From contig NC_057719.1 of assembly GCF_004010195.1 (NCBI RefSeq), positions 73,266,365 to 73,330,364 on the forward strand: a stretch of DNA of 64,000 bases, read 5' to 3'. Origin of the DNA: Chiloscyllium plagiosum. Its lineage: Eukaryota. The notes under the pieces were generated by a model, which saw only the letters and a list, made by a program, of their open reading frames with translations, was not told the origin of the DNA and ran no database searches. This document shows positions 26,496 through 39,899 of the stretch, piece by piece (position 1 is the stretch's first letter; every line of letters starts with the position of its first letter). Both the position numbers and the translations under genes were made by a program.

Positions 26496-27242
26496 TAATT
26501 TTGTACTGAACCTAGCTATGTTCCAATTGGAGTCTCCTTATGTCATCCTCGTTATTTGTCTTCCCAAGTATTTTCATGTCATCTCCAAACTTGGTGATAG
26601 CACATGTACCTTGTTGTTTCAAGTCCTGAATATGTATTGGAAATAATTGTGGATCCAACACTGATCCCTTTTAGCACTTTACTAGTTGCAATCTTGCAAT
26701 TCTGCAAATGGCCCAGTTATCTGAACTCCATCTTATATTAGTTAGCCAATCTTCTGTCCATGCTAATATATCATTTCCAACTCTGTGGGCTCTTATCTTC
26801 TTAAGTAGCCTTATGCGCAGAGTCGTATCAAATGCCTGTTGGAAATCCAAATATATTACACCTATTGGTTCATGTTTATCTACGTTGCTGTAATTAATTT
26901 GTCAAGAATGATGTCCCCATCATGAAGCCATGCTAACTCTGCTGATTGCGTTATATATTTATACATGCTTTGCTGTTATATCCTTCATAATAGATATTAA
27001 CATTATCTCAATGACAATGATAGGCTAACTTTCCTATAGTTATCTGTTTATTTTGTCTCACTCCCCTTTTGAATCAGAGTGTTAGATTGACAGTTTTCCT
27101 ATCCTCTGAAACTTCTCTGGAATCTAAGAATTCTTGTAAGATTACTGCCAGTGCATCCACCATCTCTGTAACGACTTCGTTTAAAGTCTTAGGATACAAT
27201 TCATTGGGTCCAGAAACTTATTGGCATTTGTTCCCATTAGTA

Positions 27243-27441
27243 CACGGGGTCCCCAGTTTACATACGAATGCTCATACTTAGGAACGTTATCCCATACAGT
27301 GTGTAATTTTGAAGACCTGACATATGAACATTTTGTGCACTTAAGCTGCTGTCCAATGTCCTGCATTGTTTTCTGACTTACGTAAAAATCGACTTGCGAA
27401 TGGGTTCCAGAACAGAATCCATTCACAACTCTGGGACAGCT
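27243..27441. mobile_element. Possible Tc1/mariner (Tigger-like) MITE
   Basis: TA at 27241-42 and 27442-43. Degenerate inverted ends (GGGGTCCCCAGTTTAC...GAATG / CATTCACAACTCTGGGACAGC). Interrupts a CR1. Confidence 0.4.
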
Positions 27442-27551
27442 TAAAGATTTTCCTCATAATAGTTATGTTTTTGTTCCGTTCCAGAACAGAATCCATTCAC
27501 AACTCTGGGACAGCTTAAAGATTTTCCTCATAATAGTTATGTTTTTGTTCC
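27404..27551. repeat. Perfect 74-bp direct tandem duplication
   Basis: GTTCCAGAACAGAATCC...GTTTTTGTTCC at 27404-27477 and 27478-27551. Confidence 0.95.
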
Positions 27552-28132
27552 CAAACCTTCAGCCCTTGAATATTTAGGAGTTCTGGAATGCTGTCAGTGT
27601 TCTAAACAAAGAAAACTAATACAGATTATTTGTTCAACTCCTCTGCCATTTCCTGACTCCGTTATTATTTCTCCACCCTTGTTCTCTAAGAAGCTTATGT
27701 TGCCCCTCCCTTTGTATATATTTTAAGTTAGTTGGGCCAATGGGCCTGTTTCCACACTGTAGGGAATCTAATCTAATCAAAGCTCTAATTGTCTGTTTTT
27801 TGTGTCACATCCTAGTTTGCCCTCAAACTTAATTTTCTTCCCAATTTTTGTTTTCGGGTCATTTTAAAAACTTTTCCAATCCTCCGAGTTACCACTAATG
27901 TTTGACGCATTTATTTTTTTCTTTCAAATTGATAACATTCATAACTTTGATTAACCATGGTCAGTTTACCTCCTCTGAGACTCTTTCTCCTTTTACTGGG
28001 ATATATCATTGGTCTCGTTCTCTTGTAATTATCGAGGAGAAAGTGAGGTATGCAGATGCTGGAGATCAAAGTTGAAACTTTATTGCTGGAACAGCACAGC
28101 AGGTCAGGCAGCATCCAGGGAACAGGAGATTC

Positions 28133-28160
28133 GACGTTTCGGGCACAGGCCCTTCCTCAG
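28133..28160 (-). ncRNA. Minimal type-I hammerhead ribozyme motif
   Basis: Minus strand CTGAGGA-A-GGGC(CTGT)GCCC-GAAA-CGTC. Confidence 0.7.
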
Positions 28161-28165
28161 AATTC

Positions 28166-28193
28166 CTGAGGAAGGGCCTGTGCCCGAAACGTC
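28166..28193 (+). ncRNA. Minimal type-I hammerhead ribozyme motif
   Basis: ATTC-CTGAGGA-A-GGGC(CTGT)GCCC-GAAA-CGTC-GAAT, with a 4-bp stem I (ATTC/GAAT). Confidence 0.78.
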
Positions 28194-28439
28194 GAATCTC
28201 CTGTTCCCTGGATGCTGCCTGACCTGCTGTGCTGTTCCAGCAATAAAGTTTCAACTTCTCTTGTAATTACACTCACTTAAGTTTAATGCGGTCATTTCTC
28301 TCTCAAAACTAAATACTAAATACTGCCATGTCATGGTCACTGTTCCCTTGAGGATCTTTCATCCTAAGGTCAATTATTCAACCTACCTCATGACACATTA
28401 CCAGGTTCAAAACAGCCTAATCCCTGGCTGGATCCAATG

Positions 28440-28748
28440 TGACAGTTTATTGGTATTATTTCTAAATCACTAATCCAGAGATCCATGTGATCTTCTGGAC
28501 TCTGGGTTTGAATTCTGCCAAGGCAGATGGTGGAATCTGGAATGAAATCATTATTAATCGTCAGAAAAGCCCTCTGGTTCACTCATGTCCTTTAGGAAAG
28601 AAAACTGCCATCCTTACTTGGTCTGGCCTCCAAGTGACACTATGCTCAAGCAAGTGGTTGACTTTTAACTGCCCTCTGGGCAATTAGGGATGGAAATTAA
28701 ATACTGGCCCAGTCAGCAAAGCCTAATTCTGTGAATGTATTTTTTAAA
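28440..28748 (+). mobile_element. Second SINE family copy
   Basis: B-box-like GGGTTTGAATTC; body and tail homologous to 23961-24304. Confidence 0.7.
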
Positions 28749-28975
28749 ATTATTTTCCCATCAGACCCTACATTTGGAATGAAGCTGGTGGGAATCAATG
28801 ACTCTGTGCATTTCCCATTGAAATCTAGTAGGACTGATTAAAGCAATGGAATGTGAAAAAGTGTAGAATGGCACTTTGTGAGAATCCAGCCTGTCAACAA
28901 CTTGCATTTATGTCTCCGCCTTTGGATTTTCCTTATCTCATTGGGCCAGCCCAATGTTGGTTCTTTAAATTTTGT

Positions 28976-29163
28976 GAGAAAGTGAGGGCTGCAGATGCTG
29001 GAGATCAGAGCTGAAAATGTGTTGCTGGAAAAGCGCAGCAGGTCAGGCAGCATCCACGGAACAGGAAAATCGATGTTTCGGGCATAAGCCCTTCCCGAAA
29101 CGTCGATTCTCCCGTTCCTTGGATGCTGCCTGACCTGCGCTTTTCCAGCAATACATTTTCAGC
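28976..29163. mobile_element. Palindromic PLE insertion, centre deleted, 14-bp TSD
   Basis: Inverted arms meet at ...GCCCTTCCCGAAAC. TCTTTAAATTTTGT at 28962-28975 and 29164-29177. Confidence 0.85.
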
Positions 29164-29389
29164 TCTTTAAATTTTGTATCAACTACCAATTTTGTTTTTG
29201 GTTTTGATATGCAGGAGTTTAGATTTAGCTTGTTGCTAACCCTCCTCTTTATCTAGGTTTTGTGACAGGCACTGATATATATTGGTTTGCTGGTGTTACT
29301 GACTGAGTTCTTCCATGGCCGACGAGTATAGGAGTGGGTCTTTAACCCCAGGCCTTCTTGCTCATAGGCATCGTCAACAGCCCCTCAGG

Positions 29390-30030
29390 CACAAGAATGT
29401 GTATTTATATCAGTTCTTTTAGACAAAGATTTTCAATGGCATAACCAGAAATACTGTACATCGGTGCTGACCTAAAGGAGGAGAATTTTAAAGAGCCTAT
29501 CAAAAGCTTGAGCAAAGAGGTAGATTTCAAACAGGGTTGTAAGATCTGTGGAGAGTCAGATGGGCTTCTGGAGAAAGCAAAAAAGCCTACAAGTAGAAGA
29601 TGCTCCTATTAAGTAGGAGGGAGACTCATACGTAGCCAAAGTTAGAAAAATGAGGAATTCAGAGGTTTGTAAGCTATGATGAGTTAGTGAGAGGTGAAGC
29701 CATGTAGGAATTTGAACACGAATTTCAAATCACAGTCATCAAGGATAGGAATCAAATATAAATAGGCAAGGACATTAGCACCGGATGTGGGAGATTTGGT
29801 ACAGGTCAGATCTTGGACAGCTGGACATTTCTTGGGCTGATGTTTATGGAGGACAGACAACTGGCTGACAGCGATCTTTAGAACATTGGGGTCTGGAGTT
29901 ACATAAAGCATGAGTGCAAATTTCTGTAGAAAATGAGTTGAAGAAAGAGGAGACCGACAATACTGTGGAGGTTAAAGTTGGCAGCCTTTGTACTTGTGAG
30001 GATATGGAGTCAGAATCCAGTGCTGCCCAC
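29390..30030 (-). mobile_element. Old L2-type LINE 3' fragment
   Basis: Minus-strand remnants HALCNSR, LTCTKS...VLAYLYLIP and KFVFKFLHG resemble the L2 C-terminus (HAFVTSRLDY, LHWLP, LVFKALHG). Confidence 0.55.
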
Positions 30031-31272
30031 ACCCACTGATGTATGCAAGAAAAAAAATGATCAAAGCATTAAGAGGACATTATACTCTGAGGATAAGATG
30101 ACTAGCTGTGTTGTGGGAACTAATTATTCAAGCAGTCTTCTGTGGTCTATTCATCACAACACCTATTCCTAGTGTACACCATTTCCCTTTTATAAGATTT
30201 ATTATACTTGGCACAGCCACCATTTCTTAGATCCAATTTACTTGGTTTCCATAGCCTTAAATGAATTTTATTATATTTATTATGTAATCATTTATTATGC
30301 TCTTTTTATTTGTCCTTGCATTGATCCCCAGTAAATGCTAGCGACCTTAGCACCAGCACATTCCCTCCTGCCTCTTGGAGATAGTCTGGCTTGGGATTCA
30401 GCGAACGATCTCAAATTTTCAGACCTCCGTAAACCTGTAACCTCAGTGATGCTTGATGTAGTAAATCTTTTATGATATTACAGTAGTGAACTTTGTTTAC
30501 CTTCAATTCAGCTGAAAAAAAACTATTGGTTAACTTTTTGGTTCCAGACCCTTACAATCTGCCAAAGGTATTATCCAACAAGATTCATCTCTTGCTTGTG
30601 TGTACGTGGACAGGTGTGTTTTTCATCCTTTTTTCCTTTATTAAAGCTGTTCATCTGTATTTCTTCCAGTCCTCATGAGGGAGCTATACTTAAAACATTG
30701 GCTTGTCTGTTCTCTCTGGGGATGTGCGTTGACAGTATGGATGCTTCAGCAGTTTCTGTATTTTGTTTAAGATTTCCAGCTTATTTTCTGTCTTTTTTTT
30801 GCTCCAAGCTAGCAAACTGCACCACTGTGTCATAAATGTGGAACTTTGCAGCTTTTAAAATGCTCGGTTTAGTTTAAGCTATGACAGAATATTCTGAACA
30901 TGGGGAAAGGGTGAACTTGTGGTAAACAGTTTTTAATTGGAGGAAATGCCCACATGACCTTGTTTCCATGGAGAGAGAAGTTCAAATAGAAACCCTTTGA
31001 GGAAGGATAGCAGTTTTAACACCTTTTGCAGTATTTCACAGAAAATGGACAGCTGCTGCTGAAGATGCAGAAACAAGCCAGCTACTGCTGAGGAAAAGCA
31101 GGAAGATTGCTCTTGTGTTAGCCACCAAGCCAGGATGCTCTGACCGTTCCATTTCTGTTTGAAAGAAAGGGAAGAGTACAGATTTGCTCTTGAAGATTTA
31201 AGGAATGGGCATCCTTGAGGTGCATCTACAGGTGATAATTGTACCCAAAAACACTTGGGTGGAGTGGAACAA

Positions 31273-33478
31273 TTATGTACCTACTAGAAAAGGTGCAAAA
31301 CTTGACCTACTCTTGGGAAATAAGGCCGGGCGGGTGACTGAGGTATCAGTGGGGGAGCACTTTGGGGCCAGTGACCATACTTCTATTCGTTTTAAAATAG
31401 TGATGGAAAAGGATAGACCAGATCTAAAAGTTGAAGTTCTAAATTGGAGAAAGGCCAATTTTGACGGTATTCGGCAAGACCTTTCAAAAGCTGATTGGAG
31501 GCAGATGTTCACAGGTAAAGGGACGGCTGCAAAATGGGAAGCCTTCAGAAATGAGATAACAAGAATCCAGGGAAAGTATATTCCTGTCAGGGTGAAAGGG
31601 AAGGTTGGTAGCTATAGGGAATGCTGGATGACTCAAGAAATTGAGGGTTTGGTTACGAAAAAGAAGGAAGCATATGGCAGATACAGACAGGATAGATCGA
31701 GTGAATCCTTAGAAGAATATAAAGAAAGTAGGAGTATACTTAAGAGGGAAATCAGGAGGGCAAAACGGGGACATGAGATAGCTTTGGCAAATTGAATTAA
31801 GGAGAATCCAAAGGGGTTTTACAAATATATTAAGGACAAAAGGGTAACTAGGGAGAGAATAGGGCCCCTCAAAGATCAACAAGGCGGCCTTTGTGTGGAG
31901 CCACAGAAAATTGGGGAGATACTAAATGAATATTTTGCATCAGTATTTACTGTGGAAAAGGATATGTAGGGAAATAGATGATGACGTCTTGCAAAATGTC
32001 CAGATTACAGAGGAGGAAGTGCTGGATGATTTGAAACGGTTAAAGGTGGATAAATCCCCAGGACCTGATCAGGTGTACCCAAGAACTCTGTGGGAAGCTA
32101 GAGAGTGATTGCTGAGCCTCTTGCTGAGATATTTGTATCATCGATAGTCACAGGTGAGGTGCCAGAAGACTGGAGGTTGGCAAACGTGGTGCCACTGTTT
32201 AAGAAGGGTGGTAAAGACAAGCTAGGGAACTATAGACTAGTGAGCCTGACCTCGGTGGTGGGCAAGTTGTTGGAGGGAATCCTGAGGGACAGGATGTACA
32301 TGTATTTGGAAAGGCAAGGACTGATTAGGGATAGTCAACATGGCTTTGTGCGTGGGAAATCATGTCTCACAAACTTGATTGAGTTTTTTGANNNNNNNNN
32401 NNNNNNNNNNNNNNNNNNNNNNNNNNNNNNNNNNNNNNNNNNNNNNNNNNNNNNNNNNNNNNNNNNNNNNNNNNNNNNNNNNNNNNNNNNNNNNNNNNNN
32501 NNNNNNNNNNNNNNNNNNNNNNNNNNNNNNNNNNNNNNNNNNNNNNNNNNNNNNNNNNNNNNNNNNNNNNNNNNNNNNNNNNNNNNNNNNNNNNNNNNNN
32601 NNNNNNNNNNNNNNNNNNNNNNNNNNNNNNNNNNNNNNNNNNNNNNNNNNNNNNNNNNNNNNNNNNNNNNNNNNNNNNNNNNNNNNNNNNNNNNNNNNNN
32701 NNNNNNNNNNNNNNNNNNNNNNNNNNNNNNNNNNNNNNNNNNNNNNNNNNNNNNNNNNNNNNNNNNNNNNNNNNNNNNNNNNNNNNNNNNNNNNNNNNNN
32801 NNNNNNNNNNNNNNNNNNNNNNNNNNNNNNNNNNNNNNNNNNNNNNNNNNNNNNNNNNNNNNNNNNNNNNNNNNNNNNNNNACAGGAATTGGGAGGTCAT
32901 GTTGCGGCTGTACAGGACATTGGTTAGGCCACTGCTGGAATATTGCGTGCAATTCTGGTCTCCTCCCCATCGGAAAGATGTTGTGAAACCTGAAAGGATT
33001 CAGAAAAGATTTACAAAGATGTTGCCAGGATTGGAGGATCTGAGCTACAGGGAGAGGTTGAACAGGCTGGGGCTGTTTTCCCTGGAGCGTCGGAGGCTGA
33101 GGGGTGACCTTATAGAGGTTTACAAAATTGAGGGGCATGGATAGGATAAATAGGCAAAGTCTTTTCCCTGGAGTTGGGGAGTCCAGAACTAGAGGGCATA
33201 GGTTTAGGGTGAGAGGGGCAAGATATAAAAGAGACCTAAGGGGCAACTTTTTCACACAGAGTGGTACGTGTATGGAATGAGCTGCCAGAGGATGTGGTGG
33301 AGGCTGGTACAATTGCAACATTTAAGAGGCATGGGTATATGAATAGGATGGGTATATGAATAGGAAGGGTTTGGAGGGATATGGGCTGGTGGGACTAAAT
33401 TGGGTTGGGATATCTGGTCGGCATGGACAGGTTAGACTGAAGGGTCTGTTTCCATGCTGTACATCTCTATGACTCTAT
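31273..33478 (+). mobile_element. Young 5'-truncated CR1 LINE (ORF2: end of APE, RT), spans assembly gap
   Basis: LDLLLGN, ASDH, KSPGPD, WRLANVVPLFKKG, QHGFVRGKSCLTNL and [15 protein letters not shown] motifs; CTCTATGACTCTAT tail; few stops. Confidence 0.92.
32392..32881. other. Assembly gap (490 N)
   Basis: Run of N. Confidence 1.
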
Positions 33479-34144
33479 GGTGATGAGGAGACATGGATGA
33501 CTGTGGAAGAACTGCTGGATGGTTGTCGGAGTATTCCTTTATTATGTTATATGGCCAGAAGTATGGCTCAGAGTATAAGAAATTCATACTTACTTTGGTT
33601 GCATTAGGTAGTTGCAGCACGAGAGCTTCATTGTGTTTTCGATTGCTGTATTACTTGACTGTTAATTTGTGTTTCATTCAAATTTTTTTTTCTTTTATTC
33701 ATTGTGGGATGTGGGCGTTGCTGGCTGGCCAGCATTTATTGTCCGTCCCTAGCTGCTCATGAGAAGGTGGTGCCTTCTTAAACTGCTGCAGTCCATTGAT
33801 TTAACTTTGTTACAGTTAAAGTCATAGAAAATTAAATTTTGTCCATTGGTTTATTTCCATTGGAGTATCCATCTCTTAACTCGTTAAACCCATAACTTTT
33901 TTTGTAGCACTGTAACCCCTCTCACTCTCTTTGCCCCTAAATCCTGGCTGTTGCAATTTACATCTCAGTTAGCTTTACATTCTCCCAATTGTTGGATGTG
34001 TTGAGAACTCCATTTAATGCATACAAAAACGTCAGTGTATATGATCTCATTGCTGTCTGTCCTTTGATCCTCACCAAAGGCTGGTCTTCGATACTTGTCC
34101 CCAACTGTTGAACAACTTGTAAGTATTGTCACAATTTCTGGGAG

Positions 34145-34890
34145 AAGATAAACGTAAAGTGTTGCATTTTGGTAAGGCAACTCATGGTAGGTCCTTAAAG
34201 GTAAGGTCCTGGGGATTGTTGCCAAACAAAGTGGCCTTGAGTGCAGGGTCCTCGTTCCTTGAAGATGGAGTCGCAGGTAGACAGGGTAGTGAAGGCGGCG
34301 TTTGGTATGCTCGCCTTTATTGGTCAGTGCATTGAGTATAGGAGTTGGGCAGTCATGTTGTGGCTGTATAGGACATTGGTGAGGCCACTTTTTGAATACT
34401 ATATTCAATTCTGGTCTCCCTGCTATAGGAGAAATGTTAAACTTGAAAGGTTGCAAAAAAGATTTATAAGGATGTGGCTGAGGTTGGAGGATTTGAATGT
34501 AGGGAAAGGCTGAGGGGTGACATTCTAGAAGTTTGTAAATCATGAGTGGCATGGGTAGGGTAAATAGCGATGAACCTTTATCCAGGATAGGGGAGTCCAA
34601 AACGAGAGGGCATCAGTTTAAGGTGAGAGAGGTAAAATTTAAAAGGGACCTAAGGGACAATTGTTTCATGCAGAGGATGGTGCATGTATGAAATGAGCTG
34701 CCAGAGGAAATTGTGGAGTCTCGTATAATTACAAGCATTTAAAAGGCATCTGAATGGGTACATGAATAGGAAGGGATTAGAGGGGTATGGGCCAAGTGCT
34801 GGCAAATGGGACTAGATTAATTTAGGATAGCTGTTCGGCATGGACGAATTGGACCAAGGCTCTGTTTCCTTGCTGTACATCTCTATGACA
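34145..34890 (+). mobile_element. 5'-truncated CR1 LINE
   Basis: KVLHFGK, SLKMESQVDRVVKAAFGMLAFI and LVRPLFEYYIQFWSP motifs, plus 3'UTR. Confidence 0.85.
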
Positions 34891-35272
34891 GTAAGAATTT
34901 GAATTTTAGGCACCATCAGTCAGCATTCTCTCTTCCAGGCAAACCCAGTACTGAACCCACAGTTATCAGTGAGGAAGAAAATAATTTGAATTTACATAAA
35001 CATTTTGAACAGTGTTTTAAAGGAGAGCATATTGGGCTCTGTCAGCTTTGTTTGTCTCCACAGATGCTGCCAGACTAACAGAGCTTCTCCAGCTTTTACT
35101 GCAGCTTATTTACAGCATCAACGGTGGTTTGCTTTTAATTGTATTTACACGGTGTCCTTAACACATCATTCAGAAATGCATAAAACATTTCTAATAAATT
35201 ATTGCTAACATGCAATTACAATTTTATATAGGCTGCCTACAGAAGTCAATTTTTGCATAACAACATTCCGCA

Positions 35273-38200
35273 AACATAGAACATAGAACAATACAGTGCA
35301 GAACAGGCCCTTCGGCCCTCGATGTTGCACCAACCAGTGAACTATTCTCAGCTCGTCCCCCTACACTATCCCAAAATCATCCATGTGCTTACCTAAGGAT
35401 TGTTTAAATCTCCCTAATGTGGCTGAGTTGACTACCTTAGCAGGTAGGGCATTCCACACCCTTACCACTCTCTGCGTAAAGAACCTGCCTCTGACATCTG
35501 TCTTAAATCTATCACCCCTCAATTTGTAGTTATGCCCCCTCATGCAAGCTGATGTCATCATCCTAGGAAAAAGACTTTCACTGTCTACCCTATCCAATCC
35601 TCTGATCATCTTATATGTTTCTATCAAAACCCCCCTTAGCCACCTTCTTTCCAATGAGAACAGACCCAAGTGTCTCAGCCTTTCCTCCAGACCAGGCAAC
35701 ATCCTGGTAAATCTCCTCTGCACTTTTTCCAATGCTTCCACATCCTTCCCGAAATATGGCAACCAGAACTGTACACAATATTCCAAGTGTGGCCGCACTA
35801 GCGTTTTGTATAGTTGCAGCATGATATTGCGGCTCCGGAACGCAATCCCTCTATGAATGAAACCTAACACACCATATGCCTTCTTAACAGCACTATCCAC
35901 TTGGCTGGCAACTTTCAGGGATCTACGTACATGGACTCCAAGATCCCTCTGCACATCCACACTACCAAGAATCTTTCCATTGACCCAGTATTCTGCCTTC
36001 CTGTTATTCTTCCCAAAGTGCATCACCTCACATTTAGCTGCATTGAACTCCATTTGCCATCTCTCAGCCCAATTCTGCAGTTTATCCAAGTCCCCCCTGC
36101 AACCTGTAACATTCTTCCACACTGTCCACTACTCCACCGACTTTAGTGTCATCTGCAAATCTGCTAATCCATCCACCTATGCCTGCATCGAAGTCATTTA
36201 TAAAAATGAGAAACAGCAGTGGTCCCAAAACAGATCCTTATGGCGCACCACTAGTAACCGGAGCCCAGGCTGAATATTTTCCATCAACTACCACTCGCTG
36301 CCTTCTTTCAGAAAGCCAGTTTCTAATCCAAACCGATAAATCACCCTCAATTCCATGCCTCTGCATTTTCTCCAACAGCCTACCATGTGGAACCTTATCA
36401 AAGGCTTTACTGAAGTCCACGTACACCATGTCAACTACCCTACCCTCATCTATATGCTTGGTCACCTTCTCAAAAAACTCAATGAGGTTTATCAGACATG
36501 ACCTGCCCTTGACGAAACCATGTTGACTATCAGAAATCAAATTGTTGCTTGCTAGGTGATTATAAATCTTATCTCTTATAATCCTTTCCAAAACCTTTCC
36601 TACAACAGAAGTAAGGCTCACTGGTCTATAATTACCTGGGTCATCTCTGCTGCCCTTCTTGAACAAGGGCACAACATTTGCAATCCTCCAGTCCTCTGGT
36701 ACTAAACCTATCGACAATGACGGCTCAAATATCAAAGCCAAAGGCTCTGCTATCTCCTTCCTAGCTTCCCAGAGAATCCTCTGATAATCCCATCCGGCCC
36801 AGGGGACTTGTCCACTTTCACTCCTTCTAGAATCGATAACTCCTGTTCGTAACTAACCTCGATCCTTTCTAGTCTAATATCTTGTACCGCATTCTTCTCC
36901 TCTACAATATTCTCCTTTTCCTGAGTGAAAACCAATGAGAAATGTTCACTTAGCACCTCTCCGATCTCCACAGGGTCCATGCACAACTTCCCACTTCTGT
37001 CTTTGACTGGCCCTATTCCTACCCTAATCATCCCTTTATTCCTCATATTCCTTTAGAAAGCTTTAGGGTTCCCCTTTATTGTATTTGCTAAAGACTGCTT
37101 GTGTCCTCTCTTTGCTCTTCTTAACTCTCTCTTTAAATCCTTCCTAGCTGATCTATAACTCTCCGTCGCCTCATTCTGAACAATCTTGCCTCATCAACAC
37201 ATAAGCTTCCTTCTTCTTCTTAACAAGAGATGCAATTTCTGTAGTAAACCACGGTTCCCTTACCTTATTACTTCCTCCCTGCCTGACAGGGATATACCTA
37301 TCAAGGACACGCAATATCTGTTCCTTAAACCAGCTCCACATTTCCATTGTCCCCATCCCCTGCATTTTGCTACCCCATTTTATGCATCATAATTCTTGCC
37401 TAATCGCATTATAATTGCCCTTGCCCCATCGACAACTCTTGACCTGTGGCATGTACCTATCCCTTTCCATCGCTAAACTAAACATAACTGAATTATGGTC
37501 ACTCTCCCCAAAGTGCTCACCTACAACTAAATCAAACACCTGGCCTGGTTCATTACCAAGCACCAGATCCAGTGTGGCCTCCCCTCTTCTCGGCCCTTCG
37601 ACATACTGTGTCAGGAAACCCTCCTGTACACATTGGACAAAAACGGATCCATCCGACGTACTAGAGTTGTGGCATTTCCAGTCAATGTTGGGGAAGTTAA
37701 AGTCCCCCATAATGACCACCTTGTTATTTTCACTCCTACCCAGAATAATTTTGCTAATCCTCTCTTCCACCTCCCTGGAACTCTGTGGAAACCTGCAAAA
37801 AGATTCCAAGCAGTGTGATCTCTCCTCTCCTGTTTCTAACCTCAGCCCACACTACCTCAATGGACAAGTCCTCATCAAAAGTTCTCTCAGCCACCGTTAT
37901 ACTAACCTTGACTAACAAGACCACGCCTCCCCATCTTTTACCGCCTTACCTGTTCTTAACGAAAGATCTAAACCCTGGAACCTGCAACATCCATTCCTCA
38001 CCCTGCTCTATCCATGTCTCCAAAATGGCCATAACATCGAAGTCCCAGTACCTATCCATGCTGCAAGCTCACCTACCTTATTTCAGATACTTCTGGCGTT
38101 GAAGTAGACACACTTGAAACCAGTTCGCTGTCTGCCAGCACGTTCCTGAAATCCTGTCCCTGTCCTCCCTACTTTCATCCTCCTGTGCACTGCAACTACA

Positions 38201-38735
38201 CTTCCAGTTCCCATCCCCCTGCTGAGCTAGTTTAAACCCACCCGAATAGCACCAGCAAATTTACAGCCCAGGATATTAGTACCCCTCTGGTTCAAGTAAA
38301 GACTGTCCGGTTTGTACAAGTCCCACCTTCCCCAGAATGAGCCCCAATTATCCAAGAACCTGAAACCCTCCCTCCTGCACCATCCTTGCAGCCACATGTT
38401 CAGCTGATATCTCCCCCTATTCCTTGCCTCACTATCACAAGGCACAGGTAACAAACCAGAGATAACAACTGTTAGTTCTAGCTCTCAGCTTCCACCCTAG
38501 CTCCCTGAAATCCTGCCTTACATCCCTATTCCTCTTTCTACCTATGTCATTGGACAACAACTTGAGACTGGTCACCCTCTCCCTTCAGGACCCCAGAGAT
38601 ATGATCTGAGACATCGCGGACCCTGGCACCTGGGAGGCAACACACCAACCGCGAGTCTCATTCGTTTCCAACAAACCTATCTGAGCCTCTATCGAGTCAC
38701 CAATGACTAACACTCTTCTCCTTTCCCTCCTTCCC
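35273..38735 (-). mobile_element. Long CR1 LINE: ORF1 (SGNH esterase remnant) + ORF2 (APE + RT), disrupted
   Basis: ORF1 at 38227-38454 (LNMWLQGWCRREGFRFLDNWGSFW...LYKPDSLYLN). APE motifs MGDFN and SDHN at 37387-37809. RT at 35361-36741. (TTCTATG)n tail. Several stops and frameshifts. Confidence 0.92.
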
Positions 38736-39899
38736 AGGTGGAAGATGAGGTGTTCATGCCTGATCTGATTTGTGACTTCAACTCCAGATTCTTGCTGAAT
38801 TCCTAATACCTTTTGTCTGTCTTTTTACTCCAGAACTTGTCTATCTTTGTCTTAAAAATACTCAAAGACCTTGCCTTCACCATGCTGTCTGGAAACATAG
38901 AAATATAAAACCCAGGAGCAGAAGCAAGCTAATAGGTTCATTGAGTCCAATCCACCATTAAACATGGCTGAACCTTTATCTCTGTTTCTTTCTTGGATAT
39001 ATTCCATGAGAAAGTTCTCTTCATCTTAGTATGAGATGGTCTAATGCATCGCCTGAGACCATGTCCCAGTCTTCTGGGCACTCCTGGCCAGTCGGGGGGA
39101 CACATCATTCCCGTAATCAGCCTGCTCAGCAGTATCAGAAATTGATATGTTTCTACGACACCCCCTGTCATTTTTCTGTACAGCACGGGAACAGAACTTT
39201 CAGTCCAACTCATCCATGCTGACCAGATATCCCTACCTAACCTAGTCCCATTTGCCAGCACATGGCCCATATCCCTCTTAAATCCTTCCTATCCATTTAG
39301 CCATCCAGATGCTAAGACTCTATGAACTCCAGTGAATACAGGTCCAATTGACCCAATCTCTCCATATCGATTAAACTTAACCTTCCATGATTTTCTGCAT
39401 CAAGGAGTTTTATCTGCAGCCACAAATGAGGGATACTAGTCTTACTTTATTAATTTGTTCTGAATTGAAACATTTCAGCTGAACAATGAAAGAGATTGAG
39501 CCCACCCTCCAACTGAAACGATGTGCCCTGTTTAGGAGTGGGACTGTTGTGCTCAGTTTGAGGCCTAACTCGAGAGTAACCCTTGTGCCCATGATTTCTG
39601 TCCTGGCCCTGGCTTCAGACACCTTTTTATTTGGAATTCGAATTCTACATAATTTAGGACCACGCGATATAGATAGACCAATAAATCTGTTAGGGTTGAA
39701 CACAAATTTTACACAGCAGGTTTCCTAATTTCTCTACTCTTTATAAGTCTTTTAAAATGTTTGTCATCAGGTTTTACTGTGAAACATTCCATTCTCTGAC
39801 TACATGATCAAAAAGCTTTGTTTTAAGTAACTAGCATGTTACACCAATTGAACTCCGACGATTTGGATTTCAGAAACGTGGATGTTTAGTCATAACTAC

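Larger units (their letters stand above)
28032..28257. mobile_element. Perfect palindromic PLE insertion (92-bp arms) with 14-bp TSD
   Basis: 28069-28160 is the exact reverse complement of 28166-28257. TTCTCTTGTAATTA at 28018-28031 and 28256-28269. Confidence 0.9.
26500..28440 (-). mobile_element. Degraded CR1 ORF2 fragment (host of MITE, SINE tail and PLE inserts)
   Basis: Reverse complement encodes YLDFQQAFDT and HGFMMGTSFLTNL remnants. Confidence 0.65.

Noticed and set aside
10660..29053. Recurrent short ORFs (MLPDLL..., CWKSTAGQAASREQE...) that look like a peptide family
   Set aside because: They are chance translations of both strands of the non-coding PLE terminal repeat, with inconsistent starts, stops and frames.
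35361..37809. Long ORFs as an active retrotransposon or host gene
   Set aside because: CR1 ORF2 is broken into several frames by stops, frameshifts and small deletions.
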